A DNA stretch of 64,000 nt from Syntrophobacterales bacterium (lineage in GTDB: Bacteria > Desulfobacterota > Desulfobaccia > Desulfobaccales > 0-14-0-80-60-11), in contig JALNYP010000014.1 of assembly GCA_023229795.1 (NCBI GenBank), positions 4,478-68,477 of the forward strand. The letters run 5' to 3'. Every line of letters starts with the position of its first letter. Position 1 is the stretch's first letter. The position numbers and the translations under genes were made by a program. The notes beneath the pieces are model-generated. The model was not told the DNA's origin. It did no database searches and saw nothing but the letters and a program-made list of their open reading frames with translations. This document shows, one piece after another, positions 1 through 9,505 of this stretch.

Positions 1-789
1 CCAACTGGTTGCATACCAGGTAATACCGGATAAGATTGATAGGTAATCTTTATAGGTATCGATTCCCATAATCAATAACGGCAGAAGACTCAATATTATA
101 AAGATAGAGACAAACCAGGAGAGCAGGCGCCAACGGCGACGTATCAGGAAGAATATCAGGAACAATCCCATAAATATTTTGAGGCTCATGGCCAAGCCCA
201 AATAAATCCCAGCCATTTTATCTTTGCCACTCCTGGCTGCTAGCCACCCCAAAGTAATTAATAATAGTAAAATGAAGGAAAATTGTCCAAATACAATACT
301 CACCCAACTGGGAAAATAGCAAAGAATAACTATAAGATAACCAAGCAGAACCGGTAGATCATGTTTCGTGGTGGCAAGTTCCCGGGAAATCAACACGAGG
401 GCTACCAAACCCATGGTGATGGATAAGAAGGAATAGATCCAAAACGCCTTCTCGTAACCGATTAATCCGAGAGGCGACATGAGCAGGGTTTGGAAGGGAG
501 GATTCAAATTGGGATGCAGATTCTTTCGGGCAGATTTCAATTTATCGAGTGGAAGTAGTTTTAATTTATTGAATATTTCATCATGAGGATTTCGAAACGT
601 GCTAAGGGGCACTGGGGCATAAATATCTTTGCCCTCCCAGAAGTATCTGGCCGACATGTAAAATTTGGAAAAATCTCCTATTTCCGGGAATTCGGAAAGA
701 TGATTGATGGTGGCGTAATAATAAGCTAAAGAAAAAGTAAATATGAGAGCCAGGACCAATTTGATGAGGAATTGTTTCTTATCAACCAT
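1..789 (-). CDS. GT87 (DUF2029)-family polytopic membrane glycosyltransferase, runs off window start
   Basis: Not in ORF track. Translated by hand from ATG at 789: MVDKKQFLIKLVLAL...GDFSKFYMSARYFWEGKDIY...PNLNPPFQ...FGQFS...GLAMSLKIF...RRRWRLL. DF-FY, NPP, GQ and LK motifs plus TM segments are typical of GT87. AT-rich. Confidence 0.8.
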   Translation of the reverse strand, partial: MVDKKQFLIKLVLALIFTFSLAYYYATINHLSEFPEIGDFSKFYMSARYFWEGKDIYAPVPLSTFRNPHDEIFNKLKLLPLDKLKSARKNLHPNLNPPFQTLLMSPLGLIGYEKAFWIYSFLSITMGLVALVLISRELATTKHDLPVLLGYLIVILCYFPSWVSIVFGQFSFILLLLITLGWLAARSGKDKMAGIYLGLAMSLKIFMGLFLIFFLIRRRWRLLSWFVSIFIILSLLPLLIMGIDTYKDYLSILSGITWYATSW

Positions 790-998
790 GAAACACTCAG
801 CCTTACTAACGATTTTGCGGTCATTACCGGGCAGCACAATGCTCCCGGTGACCTGTAAGCTACTCCGGGTTATTCTCTTTAAAGTTGATTATAATAACTT
901 GCAATTTATTGAGAATAAGCCCCCCTTGTCAAGGGAAAAGGAATTTTTGCCAATCACCTTCCTTGAAGGCGATCACATGACGAAAGGCTGATTTTTAT

Positions 999-1988
999 TT
1001 GGAAATCCAAACCATCCTGATCTGGCACCAAGGGGCTTTGGGGGACTTGCTCCTGGCGGGTCCGGCCCTGGCGGCCCTCAGCCGCCATTATCCCCAGGCC
1101 CGGATCACCGCGCTGGGGCATCCGGAGCGCTGGCGTCTGTTGGCCCCGACCCTACCCGTGGATGAGGTCTGGGACAGCAGTGCGGCCTGCTGGGCCTCCC
1201 TGTTTACCGAGGCGACCTTGCCCCCTGAACTCCGGCAGCGTCTGGCCCCGTTTCAGTTGGCCCTGGTCTTCGCACCCCGGCCGCAACCCATCCTGCTGCA
1301 GCAGTTGCACCTGGCGGGTATCCCGGCGGTTCACTGGGCGCCCTCCTTTCCCGAGACGGGGGTCGAGGCGGTGGCGGCCCTCCAGGCCCGGGCTCTCGCC
1401 GCTCTGGGGGTTAAGTATGTCCCCACGCCTTTCCAGCTGGAGGTGGGACTTTCTCAGGATGAGAAACTGCCGGAACTCCCCGGCTCCGGTCCCTGGCTGG
1501 CGGTGGGCCCGGGGAGCGGCCATCCGTTGAAGAACTGGCCCCTGGCCCACTATTACGAGGTCAGCCGGACCCTGGCCTGGGACTATGGCCTGAAGGTAGT
1601 GTGGCTGGCGGGACCCGCGGAAGAGGCGATGCTGCCATATCTGGCGGGCCTGGCCGCGGCTCAGGGCCAGGTCCTCCTGGCCAACCGCCCCCTGGCCCGG
1701 GTGGCCCGGGTCTTGTCCCGCTGCCGCCTCTATTTAGGCAACGACAGCGGCTTGACCCATCTGGCCGCAGCCGTGGGAGCGCCCGGGGTTCTGGCCCTGT
1801 TCGGCCCCTCCGATCCCCGGGTGTGGGCTCCTTTGGGACCGCAAGTGCGGGTGTTGGCCGCGCCTTGTGCCCAGGCACCCTGCGCCGCCGGACGAACCAT
1901 CGACTGCCGGGAGCCGCGCTGCCTGGCCGGGCTGTCGGTCGAGGCGGTCCTGGCCGCGGCCGGGCCTATGCTGGCGGCCGAAAAATAG
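999..1988 (+). CDS. glycosyltransferase family 9 (LPS heptosyltransferase-like)
   Basis: GALGDLLL, GPGSG..KNWP, GNDSGLTHLAAA and LFGPS motifs. Confidence 0.9.
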   Translation: MEIQTILIWHQGALGDLLLAGPALAALSRHYPQARITALGHPERWRLLAPTLPVDEVWDSSAACWASLFTEATLPPELRQRLAPFQLALVFAPRPQPILLQQLHLAGIPAVHWAPSFPETGVEAVAALQARALAALGVKYVPTPFQLEVGLSQDEKLPELPGSGPWLAVGPGSGHPLKNWPLAHYYEVSRTLAWDYGLKVVWLAGPAEEAMLPYLAGLAAAQGQVLLANRPLARVARVLSRCRLYLGNDSGLTHLAAAVGAPGVLALFGPSDPRVWAPLGPQVRVLAAPCAQAPCAAGRTIDCREPRCLAGLSVEAVLAAAGPMLAAEK

Positions 1989-2235
1989 GCCGCGGCAGGG
2001 GCACAAGATTTTTAACCGGGCCTCAATGATTTTTTTACTCCCCCCCGGCTTGGTTAAAATTTTTGGTCAGGGAGTTTTTGCAGACCAGGCCTGACCTTAC
2101 CCCCGGCAAACCCGCAATTGCCCCCGACTGGACGCCCCATTTTCGTACAATAATTTGAACCAATTCCTGATGCGAGATCTCTCCTGATCTCTGAAAAGCC
2201 GCGCTACCACTGGTTATGACTCAATGCGGAGAGGT

Positions 2236-2251
2236 TGGCACTATTCCTGCA
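2236..2251 (+). promoter_or_regulatory. sigma54 (-24/-12) promoter
   Basis: TGGCACTATTCCTGCA: GG(2237-2238)-N10-GC(2249-2250), close to the consensus TGGCAC-N5-TTGC. Confidence 0.6.
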
Positions 2252-2261
2252 TTATTCTAAA

Positions 2262-2346
2262 GCAGGTTACCCCCGAAAATAAAACCCTGTACCATTTTCT
2301 CCTTTCTCCAAATGGCCGGGCTCCCCCTCCCGGCCATTATATTTTT
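2262..2346 (+). ncRNA. candidate sigma54-dependent small RNA
   Basis: Lies between the sigma54 promoter and a terminator, has no credible ORF, and contains a UUCUCCUUUCUCC tract. Confidence 0.4.
2311..2346 (+). terminator. intrinsic terminator
   Basis: 10-bp perfect stem AATGGCCGGG/CCCGGCCATT followed by ATATTTTT. Confidence 0.6.
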
Positions 2347-2474
2347 GGACGCTGCGGCATCATCATCCCCTCAAAAATCTCCATTCTAAACCGGCTGCAT
2401 CTTAGCCAGGTCTCGGAAAGTTCAAGGTTTAAAGTTAAGGCAGGATTCGAACCACGCACTGTCCTTCTGACAGT

Positions 2475-2499
2475 GGCGGGCGGGGACGCCCGCCCTACC
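2475..2499. repeat. GTAG/CTAC-type REP palindrome
   Basis: GGCGGGCG GGGA CGCCCGCC CTAC. Confidence 0.6.
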
Positions 2500-2703
2500 G
2501 GGCTTTTATGATTTATTCCGAGTGGCGTTCAAAGGGCTATTTTTTGCAGCTGCAGGCGAAAGCACGCGCTGGCATAGGCGAGACGCCTGTGCCACATTTG
2601 ACTGCGAATTGGGATTAAGGGAGTGGGCCAAAAGCCCATATATGACTGAGCGGAAATTCTGGCGGCATAGGTCTGTGCCTGCTTAACCCCAGTCTGTGCG
2701 GGC

Positions 2704-3747
2704 TCAGCGCGGGCTACCGAAGTACTCCTGCACCGCGGTTAACGGTGCGCTCTCAGTTGGCAGGGTCTGCCGCAGGCGGGTCAGGCGGGTTGCGGCCTCC
2801 CGGCCCCGGGGGGCCAGGGACGCATCCGCCGCCAGGAGGTCAGCCGCGTCCCAGGCGGCCTGCCAATTATTGCAGATGAGCAGCAGGTCGGCCCCCGCGG
2901 CCAGGGCCTCCCTGGCTCCCTGGGGCGCCGGCAGGCTGGTGCTGATGCCCCCCATCTCCAGGTCGTCGGTGATGATCACGCCATCAAAGCCCAGACGCCG
3001 GCGCAGCCAGTGTTGGAGCGCCACCGAGGACAGGGTGGCCGGGCGGTCATCCCAGGCCGGCACCGACAGGTGGGCGGTCATGATCAGGGGCACGCCCGCG
3101 GCCACCGCCTCCCGGAAGGGCAGCAAGTCGGCCTCCCGCTGGGGATCGCTGGAAAGGGCCCGGGGCAGGACCTCGTGCGAGTCTACTATGGTGTCACCTA
3201 GACCCGGGAAGTGTTTGGCCACAGGGATGACCCCGCCGGCCAGGTAGCCCCGGATAGCGGCCAGCGCGTACCGGGCAGACCGGTGCGGGTCCGAGCTGTA
3301 AGCGCGGTCCCACTGGGGGCAGGCCGGCGACCGGGGCACGTCCAGAACCGGGGCCAGGTTGACGTTGATCCCTACCAGGGCCAGTTCACGGGCCACCTGC
3401 CGGGCCAGATTTTCCACCTCCTCCGGGGTCCGGGTCAGGCCCAGTTCCCGGGCCGGCGGGATGATGGTAAAGGGGGCCTTCAGGCGCTGGACCCGGCCGC
3501 CTTCCTGGTCCACCGAGATGAGCAAGGGCCGGCCGGCGGAGCCCAGGGCCTCGTGCTGCAAGTCCCGGCACAATTGCCAGACCTGCTCGGGGCTCTCGAT
3601 ATTGCGGGCAAAGAGAATGACCCCGCCTACTTTCAGGTCCCGCACCAGTTCCCGGGCCACCGCGTCCATCCGGGGGCCTGGGATTCCCACCATGAGCAGT
3701 TGTCCCCAGAAAGAGGGGTGATCGGGCTTGCTTTGATTAGAATTCAT
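2704..3747 (-). CDS. nagZ: beta-N-acetylhexosaminidase (GH3)
   Basis: GGVILFARN, SVDQEGGRVQR, KHFPGLG...DSH and ITDDLEMG motifs; start taken at ATG 3747. Confidence 0.92.
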   Translation of the reverse strand: MNSNQSKPDHPSFWGQLLMVGIPGPRMDAVARELVRDLKVGGVILFARNIESPEQVWQLCRDLQHEALGSAGRPLLISVDQEGGRVQRLKAPFTIIPPARELGLTRTPEEVENLARQVARELALVGINVNLAPVLDVPRSPACPQWDRAYSSDPHRSARYALAAIRGYLAGGVIPVAKHFPGLGDTIVDSHEVLPRALSSDPQREADLLPFREAVAAGVPLIMTAHLSVPAWDDRPATLSSVALQHWLRRRLGFDGVIITDDLEMGGISTSLPAPQGAREALAAGADLLLICNNWQAAWDAADLLAADASLAPRGREAATRLTRLRQTLPTESAPLTAVQEYFGSPR

Positions 3748-3809
3748 TTCAAAACCCTTTTTCCAGTGTCTTATTAATTGGCAAAGTGAGCTCATACAGG
3801 GAAAGAATA

Positions 3810-3890
3810 CCCCCCTTTCCTAAAGGGGGGCAGGGGGGATTAGATAAGCGCTTGATAATCCCCCTAAATCCCCCTTTAGAAAAGGGGGGA
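3810..3890. repeat. CCCCCCTTT-N3-AAAGGGGG paired-hairpin intergenic repeat (related copies near 42279-42328 and 57912-57931)
   Basis: Two hairpins, CCCCCCTTTCCTAAAGGGGGG and TCCCCCTTTAGAAAAGGGGGA; similar motifs recur elsewhere in the window. Confidence 0.7.
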
Positions 3891-4004
3891 CTTAAAAACC
3901 TCCTTGCCCAACTTTTGGATGATGGGAAGAGCCCCAAATCAGGGTTTGCAATAGGTTCTGAGCATGGACATAATTTTAGCCGTCAGTCGTGAAGGTTCCA
4001 GCCA

Positions 4005-4718
4005 TCACCCGGTCATAACCAGGATTTCCGCCAGGTGATAAAATTTCAAGTCCCGGGCCGCCGGCACCCCGAGCCCTTGCAGGTGCAAAAGGCAGCTATA
4101 ATCCGGGGAGACCAGGCCGGCGGCGCCGGTGGCTGCCACCGCGGCCAGATAGGCCGCGCCGATCTCCCGGGAAATTTCCGGCTGTTGCAGGCTAAAAGTG
4201 CCGCCGAAGCCGCAGCAGGTATAATAAGGGGAGATGGTCAGCAATTCCAGGCCCGCCACCCGGGACAAGACTTCCCGGATTTGGGGCAAGATCCCCAACT
4301 GCCGGGCCTTGCACGACTGGTGCAGGACCAGGGAGCCGGTAAACCTCGAGGTAAAGGGCGGCGGGCCCAGACCGGCCAGCCACTGGCCCAACTCCATGAC
4401 CCGGGCGGCCAGGGCTTCGACGGCGCGCTGCTCCTCAGGCCCTTCGGCCAGTTGCGGGTAAACGTGCCGCACCATGTAGGCGCAGGAGGCGCTGGGGCAG
4501 AGGATGGTCCCGGCTCCGGCGAAGACCCGGAGAAAATGGCGCAGGAGGCGCCGGGCCGTGGCCGCATCTCCTGCGGTCCAGGCGAATTGGCCGCAGCAGG
4601 TCTGTTCCTCGGGGTATTCCCAGGCGAGACCCCAGCGCGCCAGTAGCTCCACCACGGCCCCGGCCACCTGGGGGGCGCACTGATCGACAAAACAGGGAAT
4701 AAAGAGTTGAAGACTCAC
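4005..4718 (-). CDS. LutA/YkgE-like CCG-domain Fe-S protein
   Basis: LFIPCFVD, QTCCGQ, SASC, HQSC, CCGFGGTFS and SCLLHL motifs. Confidence 0.85.
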   Translation of the reverse strand: MSLQLFIPCFVDQCAPQVAGAVVELLARWGLAWEYPEEQTCCGQFAWTAGDAATARRLLRHFLRVFAGAGTILCPSASCAYMVRHVYPQLAEGPEEQRAVEALAARVMELGQWLAGLGPPPFTSRFTGSLVLHQSCKARQLGILPQIREVLSRVAGLELLTISPYYTCCGFGGTFSLQQPEISREIGAAYLAAVAATGAAGLVSPDYSCLLHLQGLGVPAARDLKFYHLAEILVMTG

Positions 4719-4932
4719 GCCGTTTCCTTCTGTCGCTCTTTTATCACACCTGCCGGACCCGGGGAAGGGCTAAGCCGCGGCTCGACGGGTTGGCCGGGCG
4801 GCAGGACGCTCTGATCTGCTCCCCATGATCCTTTCTCTTGACAGTCAGGGGCCGGGTTTTATAGAATGCAAGCAAATTTTTGTGAAAAAATAACCAGTTA
4901 TACCGAGTGGCAATCATAAAGAGTGGGAATAA

Positions 4933-4994
4933 TGTCATTCCGAGCGCAGCGAAGCATCTAGATCTTCACTCCGCGCGCTCCGTTCAGAATGACA
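4933..4994. repeat. TGTCATTC...GAATGACA palindromic intergenic element
   Basis: Terminal IR TGTCATTC/GAATGACA enclosing GAGCGCAGCGAAG...GCGCGCTC. Confidence 0.55.
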
Positions 4995-5051
4995 ATCTCA
5001 AACATTCCTCTTTGAGCAACTTGATATAATTCCTGAAAGGAAACCCCTGCC

Positions 5052-6401
5052 ATGACCGAGGCCCCGGCGCAGATTCTCGTGATCGATGATGACAAGGCCA
5101 TCCGGGACGCCTGTTTCCAGATCCTTTCCCGCCAGGGCTTCCGGGTGGAACTGGCCTCCAGCGCCCGCCAGGGACTGTCCCTCCTGGAACGCATGTCCTT
5201 CGACGCCATCCTCCTGGACCTGGTTATGCCCGATATGGACGGCCTGGAGACCCTGAAAAAAATCAAGGCCCAGGACCCCGACGCGGAAGTCATCATCATC
5301 ACCGGCTACGGCACCATCCAGTCCGCGGTGGAGTCCATCAAGGCCGGGGCCTTCCACTTCCTCTCCAAGCCGTTCGTGCCCGACGACCTCAGGACCCTGA
5401 TCAACCGAGCCCTGGAAAAGCGCCGGATGGACCTGGAGAACCTGTACCTGCGCCAGGAGCTGAAATCCAAAGACGAACGCAACGTACTGGTCTATGACAG
5501 TGAGCCCATGACCCGGATCATGGATATGGTGACCCGGGTGGCGCCCACGGACAGCACCGTGCTCATCACCGGCGAATCCGGCACCGGCAAGGGCCTGGTG
5601 GCCAGCAAGATCCACCAGTTGAGCCAGCGCTCCCGCCGCCCCTTCATTACCGTGGACTGCGGCACCCTGGTGGAAACCCTGTTCGAGAGCGAACTCTTCG
5701 GGCACGTCAAAGGGTCCTTCACCGGGGCCGACGCCAACAAAGTGGGCAAATTCGAACTGGCGCAGAACGGCACTCTGTTCTTTGATGAAATCAGCAACAT
5801 CGGCCTCGAAGTCCAGGCCAAACTGCTGAGGGCGGTGGAGGAGAGAAAGATCTCCAAGGTGGGCAGCCACCGGGTGATCACGGTGGACGTGCGCATCATC
5901 GCGGCCACCAATAAAGACCTCACCAAGGCCATCAAAGACGGCGAGTTTCGAGAAGACCTGTTTTACCGCTTGAACGTCGTCTTGATCCAGATGCCGCCGC
6001 TCCGGGAGCGCAAGAGCGATATTCCCCTGCTGGTCCAGCACTTCCTCGAAAAATACAACGCCCGGCTGCGCAGAGATATCCGCGGCATCTCCCCGGACGC
6101 CATGGACCTGTTGGTGCGCCACGACTGGCCCGGCAATGTCCGGGAGTTGGAAAATACCGTGGAGCGCCTGGTGGTCCTGAGTCCCGGGCCGTATCTGGAG
6201 CCCGCGGACCTGGTTTTTGCCGGCACCATCCTGAGCCCCGGCGGCGAATCCCCTTCCGGGGTCTCCCTCAAGGACCTGGAGCGGGACCACATCATCCAGA
6301 CCTTGCAGCGCTACGACGGCCACAAGAGCGAAACCGCCCGGGCCCTGGGCATCGACCGCAAGACCCTGCGGGAGAAACTGAAGCGGTATAATATTGAGTG
6401 A
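5052..6401 (+). CDS. NtrC-family sigma54 response regulator (REC-AAA+-Fis HTH)
   Basis: IDDD/LLD receiver, GESGTGK, ESELFGHVKGSFTGA, FFDEI, WPGNVRELEN, C-terminal HTH. Confidence 0.95.
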   Translation: MTEAPAQILVIDDDKAIRDACFQILSRQGFRVELASSARQGLSLLERMSFDAILLDLVMPDMDGLETLKKIKAQDPDAEVIIITGYGTIQSAVESIKAGAFHFLSKPFVPDDLRTLINRALEKRRMDLENLYLRQELKSKDERNVLVYDSEPMTRIMDMVTRVAPTDSTVLITGESGTGKGLVASKIHQLSQRSRRPFITVDCGTLVETLFESELFGHVKGSFTGADANKVGKFELAQNGTLFFDEISNIGLEVQAKLLRAVEERKISKVGSHRVITVDVRIIAATNKDLTKAIKDGEFREDLFYRLNVVLIQMPPLRERKSDIPLLVQHFLEKYNARLRRDIRGISPDAMDLLVRHDWPGNVRELENTVERLVVLSPGPYLEPADLVFAGTILSPGGESPSGVSLKDLERDHIIQTLQRYDGHKSETARALGIDRKTLREKLKRYNIE

Positions 6402-6445
6402 GGTGGATGGCAGCAGAACACAAAGCACAGCTTTGCAAATCCGTG

Positions 6446-6470
6446 GGTTCCCAAGTGCAACTTGGGAACC
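6446..6470. repeat. REP-like palindrome
   Basis: GGTTCCCAAGT GCA ACTTGGGAACC. Confidence 0.55.
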
Positions 6471-6536
6471 AGAAAAAGAACTTGGGCACGAGGGTGAGGG
6501 CCTGTAAATATAGCTAATCAGAACCCCTTTCGGCTG

Positions 6537-8759
6537 ATGCGAATCCAAGGCCCGGTCCTGATTTACGGGGCCGGGACTATGATCGGTCAGGTGCTGATTC
6601 TGCGGGAACTCCTGGTCCTGGCCCAGGGGCAGGAGCTGAAGCTGGCCCTGGGGCTGTGGTGCTGGCTCCTGTGGGTCGGGCTGGGGAGCCTCGCGGGCGG
6701 GCGCGTCCAGCCCACCGGGGCCGGGCTGGGGTTGCTGGGCGGGTTGCTGGCGGGGCTCGGGTTGCTGCTGCCGGCCACCGTCCTGGCCTGCCGGGCGCTG
6801 CCCACCCTGGCGCACCTACCCCTGGGGCAATCTTTGCCCCTGGGGCTCACCTTTCTGCTTTTTCTGGCTCTCCTGGCTCCTTTCGGGTTAGTCTCCGGCT
6901 ACTTTTTTCCCGCGGCGGTCCGGGTCCTGAGCGGCGCGGCCCCTCAGGAGGCCGCGGGCCGGGTGTATTTCCTGGAGACCCTGGGCGCGGCCCTGGGAGT
7001 GGCGCTACTCCAGCTCTTCTTGGTGGGCCGCTTTGCCAACCTGAGCCTGGCCCTGGCCACCGGTCTCTTTCTGGCCCTGGCGCCCTGGCTGCTGGCCCGT
7101 CCCCGGACCGCCGCAGCCCGGGTGGCGATTACCGTCAATCTCCTGGTGCTGGCGGCGGCGGTGGGGTTCGCCCCGCGGCTGGACCTGGCCAGCCGGGGCT
7201 GGGAGTGGCCCGGGCGCCAGGTGATCGCCACCGCGGACAGTCCCTATGCGCTGTTGTCCGCGGCCCGGGAAGCCGAGCAAGTCAGCTTTTTCGCCAATAA
7301 CCTCTGGCTCTTCACCTATCCTGATCCGCAGACCGCTGAACCCCAGGTCCAGCTGGGACTGCTGGAGCACGCCTGCCCCCAACGGGTGCTCTTGCTGGGG
7401 GGCGGGGTGGCCGGCCTGGGGACCGAGATTCTCAAGACCGCGAGCGTCACCAGCCTCACGTACGTGGAACTCGACCCCTTTCTGGTGAAACTGGCCGAAA
7501 AGCTGGTGCCCGCCGCGGCCGACCTGGAAAAAGATCCCCGGGTGCACCTGGTCTATCAGGATGGCCGGCGGTACCTGGCCACCACCGGCGACCGCTATGA
7601 CGTCATTCTCATGGCCCTGCCGGAACCCACCAACGCCCAGCTCAATCGCTTCTATACCCGGGAATTTTTCCGCCTGGCGGCCTCGAGACTCGCTCCCGGC
7701 GGGGTCTTCAGCTTTGCCCTGACCGGGGCCGAGACCAGCCTGTCCCCCTTGCGGGCCGCGTATCTGGCCATGGCCTACCATACCCTAGGCCGGGTCTTTC
7801 CCGAGGTGGCGGCCTTCCCCGGCGGGCAGGTACGGTTTTTCGCCTCGACCAGCCCCGGCGTCCTGGTGACCGACCCCGAAGTCCTGGTGCAGCGCCTTAA
7901 ATCTCGGCGGCTGGCGCTGCAATACGTCCGGGAGTATTACCTCCTCCAGGACCTCTCCCCCTGGCGCCAGCAGTACCTCGACCAGATCCTGCGCCAGCAG
8001 CCCGCCGAAATCAATACCGACCTGAACCCCAGGTGCTACTTTTACGACCTGGTGCTGAGCGCCGTTCAGGAAGGCCTGGGCGTCAAGGAGGTTTACTTCG
8101 GCTTACAAGACCTGCCGCCGGGGGGTTTCTGGGCGGTGCTGGCACTGGCCACCCTGGCGGCGGGGCTCGGGACCCGGCGCCGCCCGGGCCCCCATTTCCT
8201 CTACCAGGTGGTGGTGATGGGCCTGGGTACCATGGCCCTGGAAATCCTGGTCCTGGTCCTATACCAGATAAGTCAGGGTTCCCTTTATCAACAATTGGGG
8301 CTGCTCATCGCGGCCTTCATGGCGGGCATGGCCGGGGGCAGCGCCGCGGGGTCCCGTTGGGCCGGGCGGGCCTGGGCCGGGCCGCGGCTGTTGGCGGGGC
8401 TCCAGACCGGGCTGGCGGCCCTGGCCCTGGGCCTGGTCCTGTGGTTGAAGTGGGGCGCGGCCCTGCCGGCTGCCCCCGGGGAGTGGGGGTCCCGGGCGGG
8501 TTACCTCCTGGTCCTGGCCGCGGCCGGGTTTGGGGGCGGCGGGGTTTTCGCGGTGAGCGCCGCCCTCTGGACCAAGGCCGCGCCCCAGGCCCGGGGCCAG
8601 GGGGGCAGGCTCTATGCCGCGGACCTCCTGGGGGCCACCGTGGGGACCTTGGGGATCAGCCTGCTAGTGCTGCCGGTATGGGGAATCGTTCCCGCGCTCG
8701 GCCTGGTAGCCTTTCTCCAGGCCGGAGCCGGCTTGATGGCGCTCCGGGCGAAATTTTAG
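6537..8759 (+). CDS. membrane-fused spermidine synthase-like (SAM-dependent) protein
   Basis: N- and C-terminal TM blocks around VLLLGGG, YVELDP, QDGRRYL, YDVIL, LNRFYTREFF and LAPGGV. Confidence 0.8.
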   Translation: MRIQGPVLIYGAGTMIGQVLILRELLVLAQGQELKLALGLWCWLLWVGLGSLAGGRVQPTGAGLGLLGGLLAGLGLLLPATVLACRALPTLAHLPLGQSLPLGLTFLLFLALLAPFGLVSGYFFPAAVRVLSGAAPQEAAGRVYFLETLGAALGVALLQLFLVGRFANLSLALATGLFLALAPWLLARPRTAAARVAITVNLLVLAAAVGFAPRLDLASRGWEWPGRQVIATADSPYALLSAAREAEQVSFFANNLWLFTYPDPQTAEPQVQLGLLEHACPQRVLLLGGGVAGLGTEILKTASVTSLTYVELDPFLVKLAEKLVPAAADLEKDPRVHLVYQDGRRYLATTGDRYDVILMALPEPTNAQLNRFYTREFFRLAASRLAPGGVFSFALTGAETSLSPLRAAYLAMAYHTLGRVFPEVAAFPGGQVRFFASTSPGVLVTDPEVLVQRLKSRRLALQYVREYYLLQDLSPWRQQYLDQILRQQPAEINTDLNPRCYFYDLVLSAVQEGLGVKEVYFGLQDLPPGGFWAVLALATLAAGLGTRRRPGPHFLYQVVVMGLGTMALEILVLVLYQISQGSLYQQLGLLIAAFMAGMAGGSAAGSRWAGRAWAGPRLLAGLQTGLAALALGLVLWLKWGAALPAAPGEWGSRAGYLLVLAAAGFGGGGVFAVSAALWTKAAPQARGQGGRLYAADLLGATVGTLGISLLVLPVWGIVPALGLVAFLQAGAGLMALRAKF

Positions 8760-9171
8760 GGGCGCCGGGGCCGATTCCTGGGGTTGCCGGGATAGATTTT
8801 TCTTGCTTTTTTCTAAAAAATCTTTACAATAATTAAAACAGATGGAATCCCTCTTGATGAGGGGCAGTCATCGGGTTCGGTTAAAATCTCTCGTGAATAC
8901 AACAAGATATTTTCCCGAGCTGCGAATCCCCTTAAACAAGCCGGAATTACCGCGTCATAGCCGCGGAAAAAAATTGATGATTGGCAAAAATAAGTATAGT
9001 TTTGGGGATTTTTGCCGATTGTCATAGAAAGGAGGGATGCTTATCTCAATACCATACGCAGTTCATCCGCGTGTTTGACCCAGATTTAACCGAAGGAGCT
9101 CTATCGGCTAAATCCGACGCGGTAAGCATCATTGGGGGGGATCACCCAGGGGGATCTGGGAGGCTGGTAAA

Positions 9172-9324
9172 ATGGGTATGATCGCCTTCTTTGCCGGATT
9201 AGTCATCGGTGTACTCGTGGGATTCTTCTTATTATCACTTTTTGCCTTTTTCCTGGCGGAAGATGGGGGCGGAGTCCTGCCGACTCAGGCGGATGGCACC
9301 CCGAAAAGTGCCCTGGAACCTTGA
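9172..9324 (+). CDS. 50-aa single-pass membrane microprotein
   Basis: GGGAGG RBS; MGMIAFFAGLVIGVLVGFFLLSLFAFFLAEDGGG...; below the ORF-track length cutoff. Confidence 0.55.
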   Translation: MGMIAFFAGLVIGVLVGFFLLSLFAFFLAEDGGGVLPTQADGTPKSALEP

Positions 9325-9505
9325 ACTACTGCCTTTCGCCTGCTGCCCCACCCCATGGTCAAGATTCCTGACCGGATGGGGCCCGAGGGACGGGGCGGGA
9401 CGCGCTCACCGTCCCTCGGACCGAAATGCCTGTTTAGCAGTTTAGCAGGTGCCCGGGAAGGCGCGCGCCGGCATCCCTCACTGCCGCGCCGGCGGCGTTT
9501 AATCT

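Noticed and set aside
2105-2140. GGCAAACC...GGACGC resembling a c-di-GMP-I riboswitch (also GGCAAACC on the minus strand near 37230)
   Set aside because: The GAAA tetraloop stem and the GCAAAG/P2 elements are missing.
4998-6815. Long antisense ORFs (605 aa here; also 23943-25301, 37403-38797, 44146-45237, 58917-60044, 62847-63854)
   Set aside because: Shadows of well-supported genes on the opposite strand in high-GC DNA; no motifs or RBS.
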